Below, piece by piece: positions 1 to 9,437 of a stretch of DNA of 64,000 bases. Source of the DNA: Desulfobacterales bacterium (GTDB lineage Bacteria > Desulfobacterota > Desulfobacteria > Desulfobacterales > UBA2174); contig CAXXWC010000003.1 of NCBI GenBank assembly GCA_963668645.2, positions 150,649-214,648 on the forward strand. Direction: 5' to 3'. The translations under genes and the position numbers were made by a program. Position 1 is the first letter of the stretch. The number at the start of each line of letters is the position of its first letter. The notes below the pieces were generated by a model, which was given only the letters and a program-made list of their open reading frames with translations, was not told where the DNA came from and made no database searches.

Positions 1-311
1 TCCTGGATCCGTTCCAGGACGCGGTGCAATCCGGCTTGAGGCCGGTCGGCCATCGCTTCGAAGCACTGGATCATGCGGCCGGCATGGAAGATGGCGCGCA
101 TCGAGGCCGCTTCGATATAGCCGGCGCCGAAAACCATCTGCCCGCGCAGTTTGGTCTCGATATCGGCGATGATCTTGAGCAGCTCGGCATTGGATTCCAG
201 GAGGATTTTGAAGTTGGCATACTTGGCGCGAAACGCCGCCATGAGTCGCTCACGCCGTTGCCCGGCCGAAGCCCGCGGCTTTTTAAACCACTTGCACACC
301 GCCCACGCCAT
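1..311 (-). CDS. 5' part of a gene running off the left edge; hypothetical protein whose N-terminus weakly resembles PEP-utilising/dikinase-like enzymes
   Basis: Absent from the ORF track because it has no in-window stop. A reverse-strand ATG at 311-309 opens MAWAVCKWFKKPRASAGQRRERLMAAFRAKYANFKILLESNAELLKIIADIETKLRGQMVFGAGYIEAASMRAIFHAG... and stays open to position 1. The family assignment is from memory only. Confidence 0.35.
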   Translation of the reverse strand, partial: MAWAVCKWFKKPRASAGQRRERLMAAFRAKYANFKILLESNAELLKIIADIETKLRGQMVFGAGYIEAASMRAIFHAGRMIQCFEAMADRPQAGLHRVLERIQ

Positions 312-393
312 GATCTGTTTTCCCGTAGTGGCCCGCTGTTGCGGGGTTAAGCCCAGGTCTAAAGGCGCCGTTGGCCGCGCCGGTGGCAAAACG

Positions 394-2916
394 TCAGCCC
401 GACTGCCCCCCCGGCGCATCTTCGCGACCTCCGGGTGAGACAAGCACATACCGGGTCGCCGGTCCCCGACCCACGCGTTGGAGCATCCCTTTTTTCACCA
501 AATCCGACAGATCGTAAACTGCCGTGCGCCGCGGCACGTTGCCGGCCAATCGCTGGTAGTCGGCCCGGGTGATTTGCCCGGCCTCCTGAATCATGGACCA
601 GACCCGCGACTGGCGGGAATTCAGGCCGACGGCCGACAGATCCGAAGGTGGCCTGTATTCCCGGGGGCTGGGTGCTGCCACCAGCGGCAGATCTTGCAGG
701 GCCGCGACTTCAGGCGCCTCCGGCACATCGCCTTCCAGGTAGACATCCCCGGCCTGGATTACGTTGGTTTCGGCCATCACGGCCGCTCGCAGCATGCAAT
801 GCTTCAACTCCCGCACGTTGCCCGGCCAATCGTAGCGGCGCAGCTTCTCCAGGGCCCCCCGGCTCAAAGTCAGCCCCTGGATGCCCCGCGCATGGGCCGT
901 CTCCTGGAGAAAATGACGCGCCATCAAAGGGATGTCTTCCTTGTGGGAACGCAGCGGCGGCGTCTCGATGGTGATCACCTTCAAACGAAAATAGAGATCC
1001 TCACGAAATCGCTGGGCTTCGATAAGGGCCTTGAGATCGACATTCGAAGCCGCCACGATGCGCACATCCACCGCAAACTCCCGGTCGCTGCCCAAAGGCA
1101 CGATGCGCCGGGCCGCCAGTACCCGCAGCAGGGCCTGCTGCACCCTGGGAGAGGCGGCTTGAATCTCGTCAAGGAAGAGTGTGCCGCCATCGGCCTCGAG
1201 AAACGCACCCTTGCGATCGGTGCGGGCCTCGGTAAAAGCGCCCCGGGTATGGCCGAAAAGGGTATCCAGCAGCAGGTTCTCATCCAGGGCGCCGCAGTTG
1301 ATGGCCACGAAGGGCCGGTTGACACGCCGGCTCAAGCGGTGGATCGCCTCGGCGGTCAGCTCCTTGCCCGTTCCCGTTTCGCCCAGAACAAGAACGTCCA
1401 CCTCGACTTCGGCAGCCTTGAGGATTTCCCGCTTGAGCCGTTCGAACAGCGCGCCGCTGCCCAGCAGATGGGATAACGGATCGTTTTCAGCCGTGGCGCC
1501 CATGATGCTGGCTTCCAGCTCCCAGGCCACCTCCTTCATCGTGGCATGGGCGATGGCCTGGTCCTTGACGCGGATCTCCTCCATCTGGGTCTTCAAGGTG
1601 CCGATCATCCGATTGATGGCGCTCTGGAGCGCTTCGACTTCCAGCCCCCTTACCGGCACTGCGATCGGCACCATCCTTCCGGACTCCTGGATCGATTGCA
1701 CTTCCTGTGCCAAACGCAGCATCGGGCCGGTCACCGTCCGGCCGAGAACAAAAATCAAAAGGGCCACCAGAAAGGCGGAACTTACCGTAATCAAAAAGAT
1801 GATATCGACCTGTTTGTAGCCGGCCAACAGGGTCAGACGGCTCACATCCACGTAGGCCAAACCGGCGTAAACCACCGGTGGATTTTCAGCCCGGGTGTAA
1901 AAGCGGATCGGGGTGTAGGCCAGATAGTGTTCCTTTTGTCCCCGCGGTAAATCCCCGGGTTCTTCGGGCCGCTTCAATCCGAACTGCCCGTCGCGCACTT
2001 CACGAATCATCTTCCAAAAATAGCCGTAGCGGGCCGCGGGTCTGAAGGCTTCGGGCAAGCCCGGCCGCCCCAGCGTGCCCTCGATGCCGGTGCGGGCCTG
2101 GTAGGTGGACAGCTCCACTTCGGGTCTGGCCGGATCTTCGCTTTGAAATAGAATCCATCCGTCCAGATCGAACAGGTAGCTGTAGCGCACTTCCGGGGTG
2201 CGAGGATAGGACCAGATGGGTGACTGGGGGCTGTTGTAGAGCGAAAGCAGGTTGCGAACACGGCTCAAATCCACCGCCAACAGCACGTAACCGGAAAAAG
2301 CGCCGTCCGGGGACCAGAGCCGGGTCGCCAAGACGATGATGTGCGTCAGGATCTTGCGATTGGGATTGTCCGGGGTCGGAAAGACATACTGGGCCTCGTT
2401 GACCGGCGATATCCACACCTCGCCCGGATCCAATTGCTTGAAACGGTCCAGCAGGAGGAATGGATCCGGCCGCATTTGCGCGATTCCCTCTGGCACAACC
2501 TGCACGATCTCGCCTTTTTCCGCCACCCAAAAACGATGCCCTCCCCCGGATTGCGCAATATAGCCGATAGCGCGGTATTCGCCCCCATCGGTTCGCGCCA
2601 TCCGGCTGAGTATCTCTCCGAAGCGGGGAAGATCTTCAGGATTACGGGCAAAATAGAGCAAATCATGGCGATATCGGGCCAACGTCAATTCCACATCCCG
2701 AGCCATGGCGCGCGTCTGAAGTTTGACGGAGCGTTCGAGGGCCGTACCGATAAACTGGTAGGAGACCATGTGGGTCAGATACCCGGTGATCATGATGATC
2801 ACCATCACCGGCGGGATCACCCATAGGACCAGCCTGGAAGTCAAGCTATTGGTTTTAAACCCACTTTTTACCGGCATAAAATTCACAAGACGTCGGTAGG
2901 ACTCTAGAATCGACAT
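394..2916 (-). CDS. Membrane-anchored sigma-54-dependent transcriptional activator (periplasmic sensor domain, second TM/HAMP-like linker, AAA+ sigma-54 interaction domain, C-terminal winged-helix)
   Basis: 840-aa ORF. It has an N-terminal TM (LVLWVIPPVMVIIMITGYL), a roughly 300-aa extracytoplasmic segment and a second TM (IIFLITVSSAFLVALLIFVLG). AAA+ motifs are Walker A GETGTGKE, GHTRGAFTEA (a GAFTGA-loop variant), LFLDEI and WPGNVRELKH. The C-terminus is LNSRQSRVWSMIQEAGQITRADYQRL...RRTAVYDLSDLVKKGMLQRVGRGPATRYVL. Confidence 0.85.
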   Translation of the reverse strand: MSILESYRRLVNFMPVKSGFKTNSLTSRLVLWVIPPVMVIIMITGYLTHMVSYQFIGTALERSVKLQTRAMARDVELTLARYRHDLLYFARNPEDLPRFGEILSRMARTDGGEYRAIGYIAQSGGGHRFWVAEKGEIVQVVPEGIAQMRPDPFLLLDRFKQLDPGEVWISPVNEAQYVFPTPDNPNRKILTHIIVLATRLWSPDGAFSGYVLLAVDLSRVRNLLSLYNSPQSPIWSYPRTPEVRYSYLFDLDGWILFQSEDPARPEVELSTYQARTGIEGTLGRPGLPEAFRPAARYGYFWKMIREVRDGQFGLKRPEEPGDLPRGQKEHYLAYTPIRFYTRAENPPVVYAGLAYVDVSRLTLLAGYKQVDIIFLITVSSAFLVALLIFVLGRTVTGPMLRLAQEVQSIQESGRMVPIAVPVRGLEVEALQSAINRMIGTLKTQMEEIRVKDQAIAHATMKEVAWELEASIMGATAENDPLSHLLGSGALFERLKREILKAAEVEVDVLVLGETGTGKELTAEAIHRLSRRVNRPFVAINCGALDENLLLDTLFGHTRGAFTEARTDRKGAFLEADGGTLFLDEIQAASPRVQQALLRVLAARRIVPLGSDREFAVDVRIVAASNVDLKALIEAQRFREDLYFRLKVITIETPPLRSHKEDIPLMARHFLQETAHARGIQGLTLSRGALEKLRRYDWPGNVRELKHCMLRAAVMAETNVIQAGDVYLEGDVPEAPEVAALQDLPLVAAPSPREYRPPSDLSAVGLNSRQSRVWSMIQEAGQITRADYQRLAGNVPRRTAVYDLSDLVKKGMLQRVGRGPATRYVLVSPGGREDAPGGQSG

Positions 2917-3017
2917 GCCGTGCCTCCGGTTTAACCGGTTGGGAAGTCAGATCCACACGCTTTTCATTCTCACATCACGGGCCGGATTGGCAAGCCTTAA
3001 TCGCGCAAATTCAGGCA

Positions 3018-3033
3018 TGGCATCTTTCTTGCT
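3018..3033 (+). promoter_or_regulatory. Candidate sigma-54 (-24/-12) promoter for the downstream TauE-type operon
   Basis: TGGCATCTTTCTTGCT has TGGCA at 3018-3022 and TTGC at 3029-3032, which is the canonical GG-N10-GC spacing. It lies 125 nt upstream of the ATG at 3158 and is divergent from the sigma-54 activator gene. Confidence 0.55.
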
Positions 3034-3157
3034 GTAACAACAGCCAACAGCATACGTGACGGTTGCGGCGAGATACAAGGTGCCTGCTTGCGGCAATCGC
3101 GCTACCGAAAGATGGTTGGCAAAAGACATCGTTAAAACAAAAGGAGAGAGGGGACCG

Positions 3158-3460
3158 ATGAAAAAGCCGAGCAAAAAACTGATGACCGGCCTTATCCTGA
3201 TGTTGCTCCTGGCCCCTGGCCTGGCCTGGGCAGGAGGTGGCGGCGGTGCAACCGAACTGGTGGTGGTGGCCGACACCCGGGTGATCACCAACGACGCGTT
3301 GCGCTACTTTGCGGATCTTTACAATACGAATGTGACCCTCTTTGCGGGCTGGGCAGTGGTCTTGACCGCGGCTTACGGAGCCTTTCTCGGTTTTCTGATG
3401 GACGCGATCATGAAACGTACCGGCATCGATTTGAGCAAGCGCACCATCGTGGAACATTGA
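3158..3460 (+). CDS. Small membrane/secreted protein, first gene of the sigma-54 operon
   Basis: Internal ATG at 3158 preceded by AAGGAGAGAGG. Signal-like N-terminus MKKPSKKLMTGLILMLLLAPGLAWA, a Gly run, and a C-terminal TM (FAGWAVVLTAAYGAFLGFLM). The track ORF starts at 3056, but that extension lacks an RBS. Confidence 0.5.
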   Translation: MKKPSKKLMTGLILMLLLAPGLAWAGGGGGATELVVVADTRVITNDALRYFADLYNTNVTLFAGWAVVLTAAYGAFLGFLMDAIMKRTGIDLSKRTIVEH

Positions 3461-3522
3461 CGCGCAAACCGGAAGTCTTCCGGCCGCGCTGGCGCGGCCT
3501 CTAATCGACAAGGAGAAGATAT

Positions 3523-4563
3523 ATGGATACGGCAAGCTGGCTTTATATGTACATGCCCATCGCCGGGGTGAACATCTTCTGGCCCGGTCTGGTGCTGATC
3601 GGTTTTTCGGTGGGGGTCATCGGAGGCTTTTTCGGCATGGGCGGGGCCTGGATGGTCACCCCCGGCCTGAACATCCTCGGCTTTCCCATGGCGTTCGCCA
3701 TCGGTACCGACATCGCCCACATCGCGGGCAAATCGATGATTTCCACCATCCGCCACAGCAAATTCGGCAACGTGGACTACAAGCTCGGCATGGTGATGCT
3801 GGTGGGCACGATGATCGGCATCGAGTGCGGTGCACAGATCATCATGTACCTCGAACGGCTGGGCAACGTCGGTTCGGTGGTCCGCTGGGTTTACGTCGGG
3901 TTCCTGGCCCTGATCGCCTGGATGGTATTTTACGACTACTATAAGGCGGTGTCCAAGAAAAAGGCCGGAGTGGTGGACGGCGAGCACGGCACCGAGGGGA
4001 TCACCTGGTATAAGACCTTGCACAAGATCAAGATACCGCCCATGGTGCACTTTAAAAACGCCGGGTTTGTCTGCTCGGCCTGGCTGCCGATTTTCGTCAG
4101 CTTCCTCACCGGCGTCCTGGCCGGTTTCCTCGGTATCGGCGGCGGGTTGCTGCGCATGCCGGCCCTGGTCTATCTGATCGGCTGCCCGACCCATATCGCG
4201 GTGGGTACCGACCTGTTCGAGGTCATGATCTCGGGCCTGTACGGGGCGTTCACGTATTCGCTCAAGGGGCGTATCGAGCTGGTGGCGGTCTTCGTTATGC
4301 TCACCGGCGCGGCCATCGGCGCCCAGATCGGCACCGTGGCCACCAAGTACGCCAAAGGCTACGGGATCCGCATCGCCTTCGGAATCGCGGTGCTGTGCTG
4401 CATGATCTCCATTATACTGAAGCAATTCGGCTTTTCAGCATCGGCGGCCGTCTTGATCCTCGGCACCATCTCGGTGATCTGCCTTTACATCATGAAGATC
4501 ATGTTCATGGGGGCAGCAGAGGAATTGCGCGAAAAGAAGAGCCGTGAACAATCCGGTGCCTGA
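3523..4563 (+). CDS. TauE/SafE (DUF81) family anion (sulfite/sulfonate-type) exporter
   Basis: 346-aa polytopic membrane protein. Both halves carry the family's repeated glycine-rich TM motifs (GGFFGMGGAWMVTPGL and AGFLGIGGGLLRMPAL). Confidence 0.7.
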   Translation: MDTASWLYMYMPIAGVNIFWPGLVLIGFSVGVIGGFFGMGGAWMVTPGLNILGFPMAFAIGTDIAHIAGKSMISTIRHSKFGNVDYKLGMVMLVGTMIGIECGAQIIMYLERLGNVGSVVRWVYVGFLALIAWMVFYDYYKAVSKKKAGVVDGEHGTEGITWYKTLHKIKIPPMVHFKNAGFVCSAWLPIFVSFLTGVLAGFLGIGGGLLRMPALVYLIGCPTHIAVGTDLFEVMISGLYGAFTYSLKGRIELVAVFVMLTGAAIGAQIGTVATKYAKGYGIRIAFGIAVLCCMISIILKQFGFSASAAVLILGTISVICLYIMKIMFMGAAEELREKKSREQSGA

Positions 4564-4605
4564 CGCCATCGGCCCGCTTACCCAGCATAAAGGAGCGAAT
4601 CGACC

Positions 4606-4941
4606 ATGAAAACCAAGACCCTTGCACTCATAGCGGCCCTGTTGGCGGTCTTTTGGCTGGGCTCCACGGCCCTGGCTTCGGAAGTCAGCCAGGGCAAGAC
4701 CCTCTTTTTCGACGCCGCAGGAAACAAGATCCAGATCGAAGAGTACGACACCAATTTTTCCCCGTCGGCCCCCTACGGGGAACCGACCGGGATCGTGAGC
4801 GAATACGACCTGTCCAAAGCCAAGGTCGGCATCCATCCGGACAATGGGGATGTGGTGCGCATCGCCTATCGCATCGACGGTGACAGCAAGATGGCGCTCA
4901 AGGTGATGAACGTTTCCAAGCAGGACCTGCGTAAAAAATAG
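4606..4941 (+). CDS. Secreted hypothetical protein
   Basis: 111 aa with a signal peptide (MKTKTLALIAALLAVFWLGSTALASE). RBS AAAGGAG upstream. Same strand and close spacing with its neighbours. Confidence 0.5.
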   Translation: MKTKTLALIAALLAVFWLGSTALASEVSQGKTLFFDAAGNKIQIEEYDTNFSPSAPYGEPTGIVSEYDLSKAKVGIHPDNGDVVRIAYRIDGDSKMALKVMNVSKQDLRKK

Positions 4942-5047
4942 CTTCATCGTCGCGCTGGACTCAACGGGGCGGGTAACGGCCGGCCGGTTTCCGAAAACCG
5001 CCAAACGCGCCCGCCCCTTACCCCCAACCTACCCGGAGTGAAAAACC

Positions 5048-5308
5048 ATGACCGGTATGAATCGCAGGCAAAAGATGGTCGTCTTGGCCATGGATCTTTT
5101 GCTGCTCGTGGAACTCGGTTATAGTATCTACTGCGGCCAGCAACCCGGGGCCGACCTGACGCTGGTCTTTTTAACCTACTTCGTCCCCTCGCTGATCGTC
5201 ACGGTGGCCCTGGCGCGCCGTCTCATCCGCCGCTGGCAGGACGATACGGCCGTATCATTGGCAGACTCCGCCGTGGAAAGGCAAAGGGCGGTTTTGCCCT
5301 CGAGCTGA
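5048..5308 (+). CDS. Small two-TM membrane protein, hypothetical
   Basis: 86 aa with two hydrophobic segments. The stop is 3 nt before the next start at 5311. Confidence 0.4.
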   Translation: MTGMNRRQKMVVLAMDLLLLVELGYSIYCGQQPGADLTLVFLTYFVPSLIVTVALARRLIRRWQDDTAVSLADSAVERQRAVLPSS

Positions 5309-5310
5309 AG

Positions 5311-6156
5311 ATGGAATCCTTACGAACCCGATTGACCCTGCCGGTCCTGATCATCCTGCTTTTGGCAATGGGCGATATCCTGATCGATGCGGTCTTCGAC
5401 CGGGGCCATGTCTTCAAGGTCGTGGCCGGAAGCAAGGCGTTGATCAGCGGCAAACTGATGGGTTCCATCAAACCGTATACCAACAAAAACGCCATTTTCG
5501 GCAACCAGGTCAACGATCCGGCCCTTTTGGACGAAATCCTGGTGACCGATCCTCCCCACCAGGCCTTTCGCATTCGCTTTCTGGAGCTCAAGGGCCGCGT
5601 GTGGCGGGCCGAACTGCTCACCGACAGCGGCGGGGCCCCTGGTGACTATCCGGTACGCATCTTTCAGCGCAGCCTGGGCCCGGATCCCGACATGCCGGTC
5701 CTGCGAGTACAAATTTTTCCCGACCCCGAGTCCCTGCGGGCCAGCCAAAAATCGTTGTTCCGCCGCTATCTGGGTATCCCGCCGTGGATCGTGGCAGGGC
5801 TTTTGGCCCCTCTGGTGGCCCTGATCCTGTACCTGACTTATCGCGCCTCGGACGGCAGCATCAGCGCCTTGCAGGCCCGGGGTATCGGTCCCATCTACAA
5901 GATGGCCTACCGCAAAACCGGATGGGAGATTCTCTACGGTCTGGGCACGGCCCACGGCCTGCGCATCGGCGACCGGCTCGAGCTCATCGATGCACGCCAA
6001 CGGCCTACGGGCTACCATATCGTGGTCGAACAGGTGGGCGGCGAGTCTGGCGAGGCGATCCTCGACCCTTCCGTTCCCATGCGGCCCGGATGGCTCGTTG
6101 CGCGCTGCGAACCGGTGGATCAAGACAAGATCGATTCCACTTCCCGACCTGGCTGA
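5311..6156 (+). CDS. Membrane protein, hypothetical (N-terminal TM, extracytoplasmic domain, second TM, C-terminal domain)
   Basis: 281 aa; TM segments LTLPVLIILLLAMGDILI and PPWIVAGLLAPLVALILYL. I recognise no family. Confidence 0.5.
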   Translation: MESLRTRLTLPVLIILLLAMGDILIDAVFDRGHVFKVVAGSKALISGKLMGSIKPYTNKNAIFGNQVNDPALLDEILVTDPPHQAFRIRFLELKGRVWRAELLTDSGGAPGDYPVRIFQRSLGPDPDMPVLRVQIFPDPESLRASQKSLFRRYLGIPPWIVAGLLAPLVALILYLTYRASDGSISALQARGIGPIYKMAYRKTGWEILYGLGTAHGLRIGDRLELIDARQRPTGYHIVVEQVGGESGEAILDPSVPMRPGWLVARCEPVDQDKIDSTSRPG

Positions 6157-6159
6157 ACC

Positions 6160-6588
6160 TCAGGCCACCGGTGGCCGCTGGCGGATCCTGGCGTTGCGGA
6201 TCTTTTCTTCGTGCATCGCCTTTTTGGCACAGGCCTCGCCGACTTTTTGCATCAGGTCTTCCAGCTTCACCGGCTTGAGCAGGTACTCGAAAGCGCCCAG
6301 CTTCATTCCTTCGACGCTGGTCTCTACCGAAGCGTGACCGGTAAGCAAAATCACTTCCACCAGCGGCTGTTGCCGTTTGATCTCGCGCAGGGTCCGGATC
6401 CCGTCCATACCTCCGGGCATGCGGATGTCGAGTACCACCACGTCCAAGACCCGCTGGACAATCATCTCGATCGCCTTCTCACCGCTGGTGACGCCCACAG
6501 TGTCAAGGCCGCGACTTTGCATCCGTTTGACAATGGCCTCGGTAAATTCGGCTTCGTCATCGACCACCAGGATACGGCATCGGGTCAT
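6160..6588 (-). CDS. Single-domain response regulator (CheY-like receiver)
   Basis: Start chosen at ATG 6588 (MTRCRILVVDDEAEF...) with GAGGAG upstream. Receiver motifs are DD, the phospho-acceptor context VVVLDIRMPGMDG, and LLTGHAS...K. The longer track ORF (to 6750) adds a non-domain extension. Confidence 0.8.
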   Translation of the reverse strand: MTRCRILVVDDEAEFTEAIVKRMQSRGLDTVGVTSGEKAIEMIVQRVLDVVVLDIRMPGGMDGIRTLREIKRQQPLVEVILLTGHASVETSVEGMKLGAFEYLLKPVKLEDLMQKVGEACAKKAMHEEKIRNARIRQRPPVA

Positions 6589-6870
6589 AAAAGCTCCTCG
6601 TCCATCGTTGGACGAATCCGGCATCACCGCCCTCGAAGATCCAAACGGCTTCTTGCATGCGGCACCTGAGGACGCCGGCGTGGATTCGGATTGTGCTGGG
6701 GAGAAATGGACCTTTCGTCCAGCCGTACTTGACAAAGGAAAATCCGTCAAGGGAAAGGCACCCGCCCCCGGAAAGTCCCGGTGATCCCGAAATGGCTAAA
6801 AACAGTTGACAATCCCTTCGGTCCTATTGTCTGCTGAATCCGTCGACGATCCGCCCTGAACAGCGCACAA

Positions 6871-9252
6871 TTGCGGCACGACCATCTTCCGGCAACATCC
6901 CCACGAGGCGCCCATGGACGACAAAATCTTCGCCTTAAAAACAGTCTTTGCCAGATGCCCCATTTTGCCTTCATTCCTGAAGATGAATTGCGCCAAGTAG
7001 CCGAAACGGCACGGGTTCTGGATCTCAAGCCGGGCACCTCTTTCGCCCGCCAGGGAGAGACCCGCATCGACGATATCCTCGTCATCGCCCGGGGGCAGTT
7101 CTCCCTTTTCGATGAACGCGGCGGTGAGCGCCGTTCCATCGGCCACATCAAAACCGGCGAGGTTTTCGGCGGCATTACAATCCTGATGAACGCACGCATC
7201 TCGCTGCGCACGGTGCAAGTCGAAACCCCGACCCTGGCCTATGCCGTACCGGCCGACGTTTTTCAGGATTTATGCAACCGCCACGAGGATTTTTACGAGT
7301 ATTTTCTTAAAAATTTCAGCAAGAATCTTTATGACGAAGCCCTGGCAACCCTCATCGAAGCCGGCCAAACCAGCAATTTTCTCAGCCGTGTAGCGCCTTT
7401 TTCATTTCTAACCGAAGAGGCTCTGGACCAGGTCGCGCAGCAGCTTTCCGTTGTGCGCTACAATGAAAAGGCCGTCCTTTTCGTCCAGGGCCGCAGTCGC
7501 GTCGGCCATCTGTACATCCTCCAGAAAGGTTCTGCCGAACGCTACTTCGAGGAAGGCGGCCGCAAGACCCTGCGCAGCCTGCTCGGTCCGGCAGACGTGT
7601 ACGGCGGCATTTCTATGCTGCTCAACGACGGGATCTCGGTGCGCACTCTGATGGTCAACGCCGGCACTTTTTTCTACGTACTGCCCAAAAAGCCGTTCCT
7701 CGAGATCTGCCAGGCCCAACCGGCGTTTCGCGATTATTTCACCGACACCTTCGGCCGGCGCATGCTCGACCGCTCTTACGCATCGATCATCGCCCGCACG
7801 CTTCAACCCTCGGAGGATTCGATCCAGCTTTTCAACCAGACCGTGGAAACCATCTACTCGAAAAAAGCCGCCATCGGCGAAGCCGGAATGTCGATCCGGC
7901 AGGCGGCCGAACAGATGCGCCAGGAAAGAACCAGTTCCATCATCATCCCGGCGGCGGCCGGTCAACCGGCCGGGATCGTTACCGAACGCGACCTGGCGCG
8001 CCAGGTGATCGCCGAGGCTGCCGACATCCAGGGACCAGCAGCCGGCATCATGAGCGCCCCGCTGCAGACCATCCCCATGGACGCCCTGATTTTCGAGGCC
8101 CTGATACAGATGATGAAATCGGATATCCGCCACCTGGCGGTGACCGGTGCTGAAGGGCAGATCGTCGGCATCCTCTCCCACCGTGAAATCATCGCCGCCC
8201 AGGGCCAGACCCCTATGTTCATGCTGCGCGAAATCGTCGAAGCCGAAAGCATCGCAGAGATCATCGACAAGCACAACCACCTGCCGCGCCTGGTGCGCAA
8301 CCTGATCACCAACGGGGCCAACGCCCGCAACGTGACCCGTTTCATCACCACCATCTCGGATGCGATCCTTAAAAAGATCATGGCCTTTACCGTCAGCGAA
8401 CTCGGTCCTCCACCGGCGCGCTTCGCTTTCATGGTGCTGGGCAGCGAGGGGCGCAACGAGCAGACCCTGAAGACCGACCAGGACAACGCCATCGTCTTCG
8501 AAGACGTGCCTGGCGAGAAGGCCGCGGCGGCGGCCGAATATTTCCTGCGCTTCGGGCAGCGGGCCTGCACGTTGCTCAACGAATCCGGCTACGATTTTTG
8601 CACTGGGGACGTGATGGCCCAGAATCCACGCTGGTGCCAGCCGTTGAGCCAGTGGCAGCGCTACTTCGACAACTGGATCCATGCCGGCGAAGCCGAGGAT
8701 CTGCTCCAGGCGAGCATTTTTTTCGATTTTCGCCTCGGCTACGGTGATGCGAAGTTGATCGGCGCCCTGCGGAGTCATCTGATGGCATCCTTGCAGGGCT
8801 GGGCCGGCTTTTTCCGCCACCTGACCGAAAACGCGCTCAACTTCAAGCCGCCCCTGGGCTTTTTCGGCAATTTCGTCGTGGCCTCCAAAGGCGAGCACCG
8901 CAACGCCTTCGACCTGAAACAGGCCATCATGCCCATCACGGATTTTGCCCGCATCTATGCCCTGAACAAGGGCATCGAGGCCACCAACACCATGGAACGC
9001 CTCTCCCAACTGCGCCTGATGCACGTGCTCTCCCAGTCCGAGCACGAGGAACTCGAAAAGGCGTACGATTTTTTGATGCAGCTGCGCTTCGTACGGCAGG
9101 TCACCGCCGTGATCGACGAGCAGGGCAAACCGGACAACTACGTCAATCCCAAAAGACTCACCAGTATCGAACAGACCACACTCAAGGAAATCTTCAAGCG
9201 CGTCGAAAAGTTTCAGGCTAAGATGAACTTCGATTATATCGGCATCGCCTGA
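6871..9252 (+). CDS. Multidomain signalling protein: two cyclic-nucleotide-binding domains, a CBS pair, and a DUF294-type nucleotidyltransferase with its substrate-binding C-terminal domain
   Basis: 793-aa ORF; the start is uncertain and ATG 6955 (MPHFAFIPEDELRQV) is an alternative. cNMP-like segments include GEVFGGITILMNARISLRTV and DVYGGISMLLNDGISVRTL. The CBS region covers SIRQAAEQMRQERTSSIII...ERDLARQV. The NTase core reads FAFMVLGSEGRNEQTLKTDQDNAIVFED. Confidence 0.75.
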   Translation: MRHDHLPATSPRGAHGRQNLRLKNSLCQMPHFAFIPEDELRQVAETARVLDLKPGTSFARQGETRIDDILVIARGQFSLFDERGGERRSIGHIKTGEVFGGITILMNARISLRTVQVETPTLAYAVPADVFQDLCNRHEDFYEYFLKNFSKNLYDEALATLIEAGQTSNFLSRVAPFSFLTEEALDQVAQQLSVVRYNEKAVLFVQGRSRVGHLYILQKGSAERYFEEGGRKTLRSLLGPADVYGGISMLLNDGISVRTLMVNAGTFFYVLPKKPFLEICQAQPAFRDYFTDTFGRRMLDRSYASIIARTLQPSEDSIQLFNQTVETIYSKKAAIGEAGMSIRQAAEQMRQERTSSIIIPAAAGQPAGIVTERDLARQVIAEAADIQGPAAGIMSAPLQTIPMDALIFEALIQMMKSDIRHLAVTGAEGQIVGILSHREIIAAQGQTPMFMLREIVEAESIAEIIDKHNHLPRLVRNLITNGANARNVTRFITTISDAILKKIMAFTVSELGPPPARFAFMVLGSEGRNEQTLKTDQDNAIVFEDVPGEKAAAAAEYFLRFGQRACTLLNESGYDFCTGDVMAQNPRWCQPLSQWQRYFDNWIHAGEAEDLLQASIFFDFRLGYGDAKLIGALRSHLMASLQGWAGFFRHLTENALNFKPPLGFFGNFVVASKGEHRNAFDLKQAIMPITDFARIYALNKGIEATNTMERLSQLRLMHVLSQSEHEELEKAYDFLMQLRFVRQVTAVIDEQGKPDNYVNPKRLTSIEQTTLKEIFKRVEKFQAKMNFDYIGIA

Positions 9253-9437
9253 GACCAATCCCACCCGCCACGCCATCCAAACAAGGCCCGGTCCGGGGCC
9301 AAACCGCTTGAGCCGCTCGTGCAAAGGCCTCTTCGGCCCCGTTGCGGGAAATACGCCCGGCTCTGAATCCGCATCCCGTGGGCTGCGACAATCCGGAGCT
9401 TAAAATTGACAAAAATAAGTTGAAGCAGCTTTATGAT

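Noticed and set aside
3078-3092. Second sigma-54-like motif GGTGCCTGCTTGCGG upstream of the TauE operon
   Set aside because: The GG to GC distance is one nucleotide too short for a -24/-12 promoter. The element at 3018-3033 has the correct spacing.
7408-9324. 638-aa minus-strand ORF antisense to the cNMP-CBS-NTase gene. Similar long shadow ORFs are 17050..18945 (+), 11879..13222 (-), 47672..48469 (+), 54999..56789 (-), 60164..61510 (+), 49825..50685 (-) and 42300..42917 (+).
   Set aside because: High GC content suppresses stop codons on the antisense strand. These translations are low-complexity (rich in R, G, A, H and D), carry no motifs, and each fully overlaps a gene with clear family signatures.
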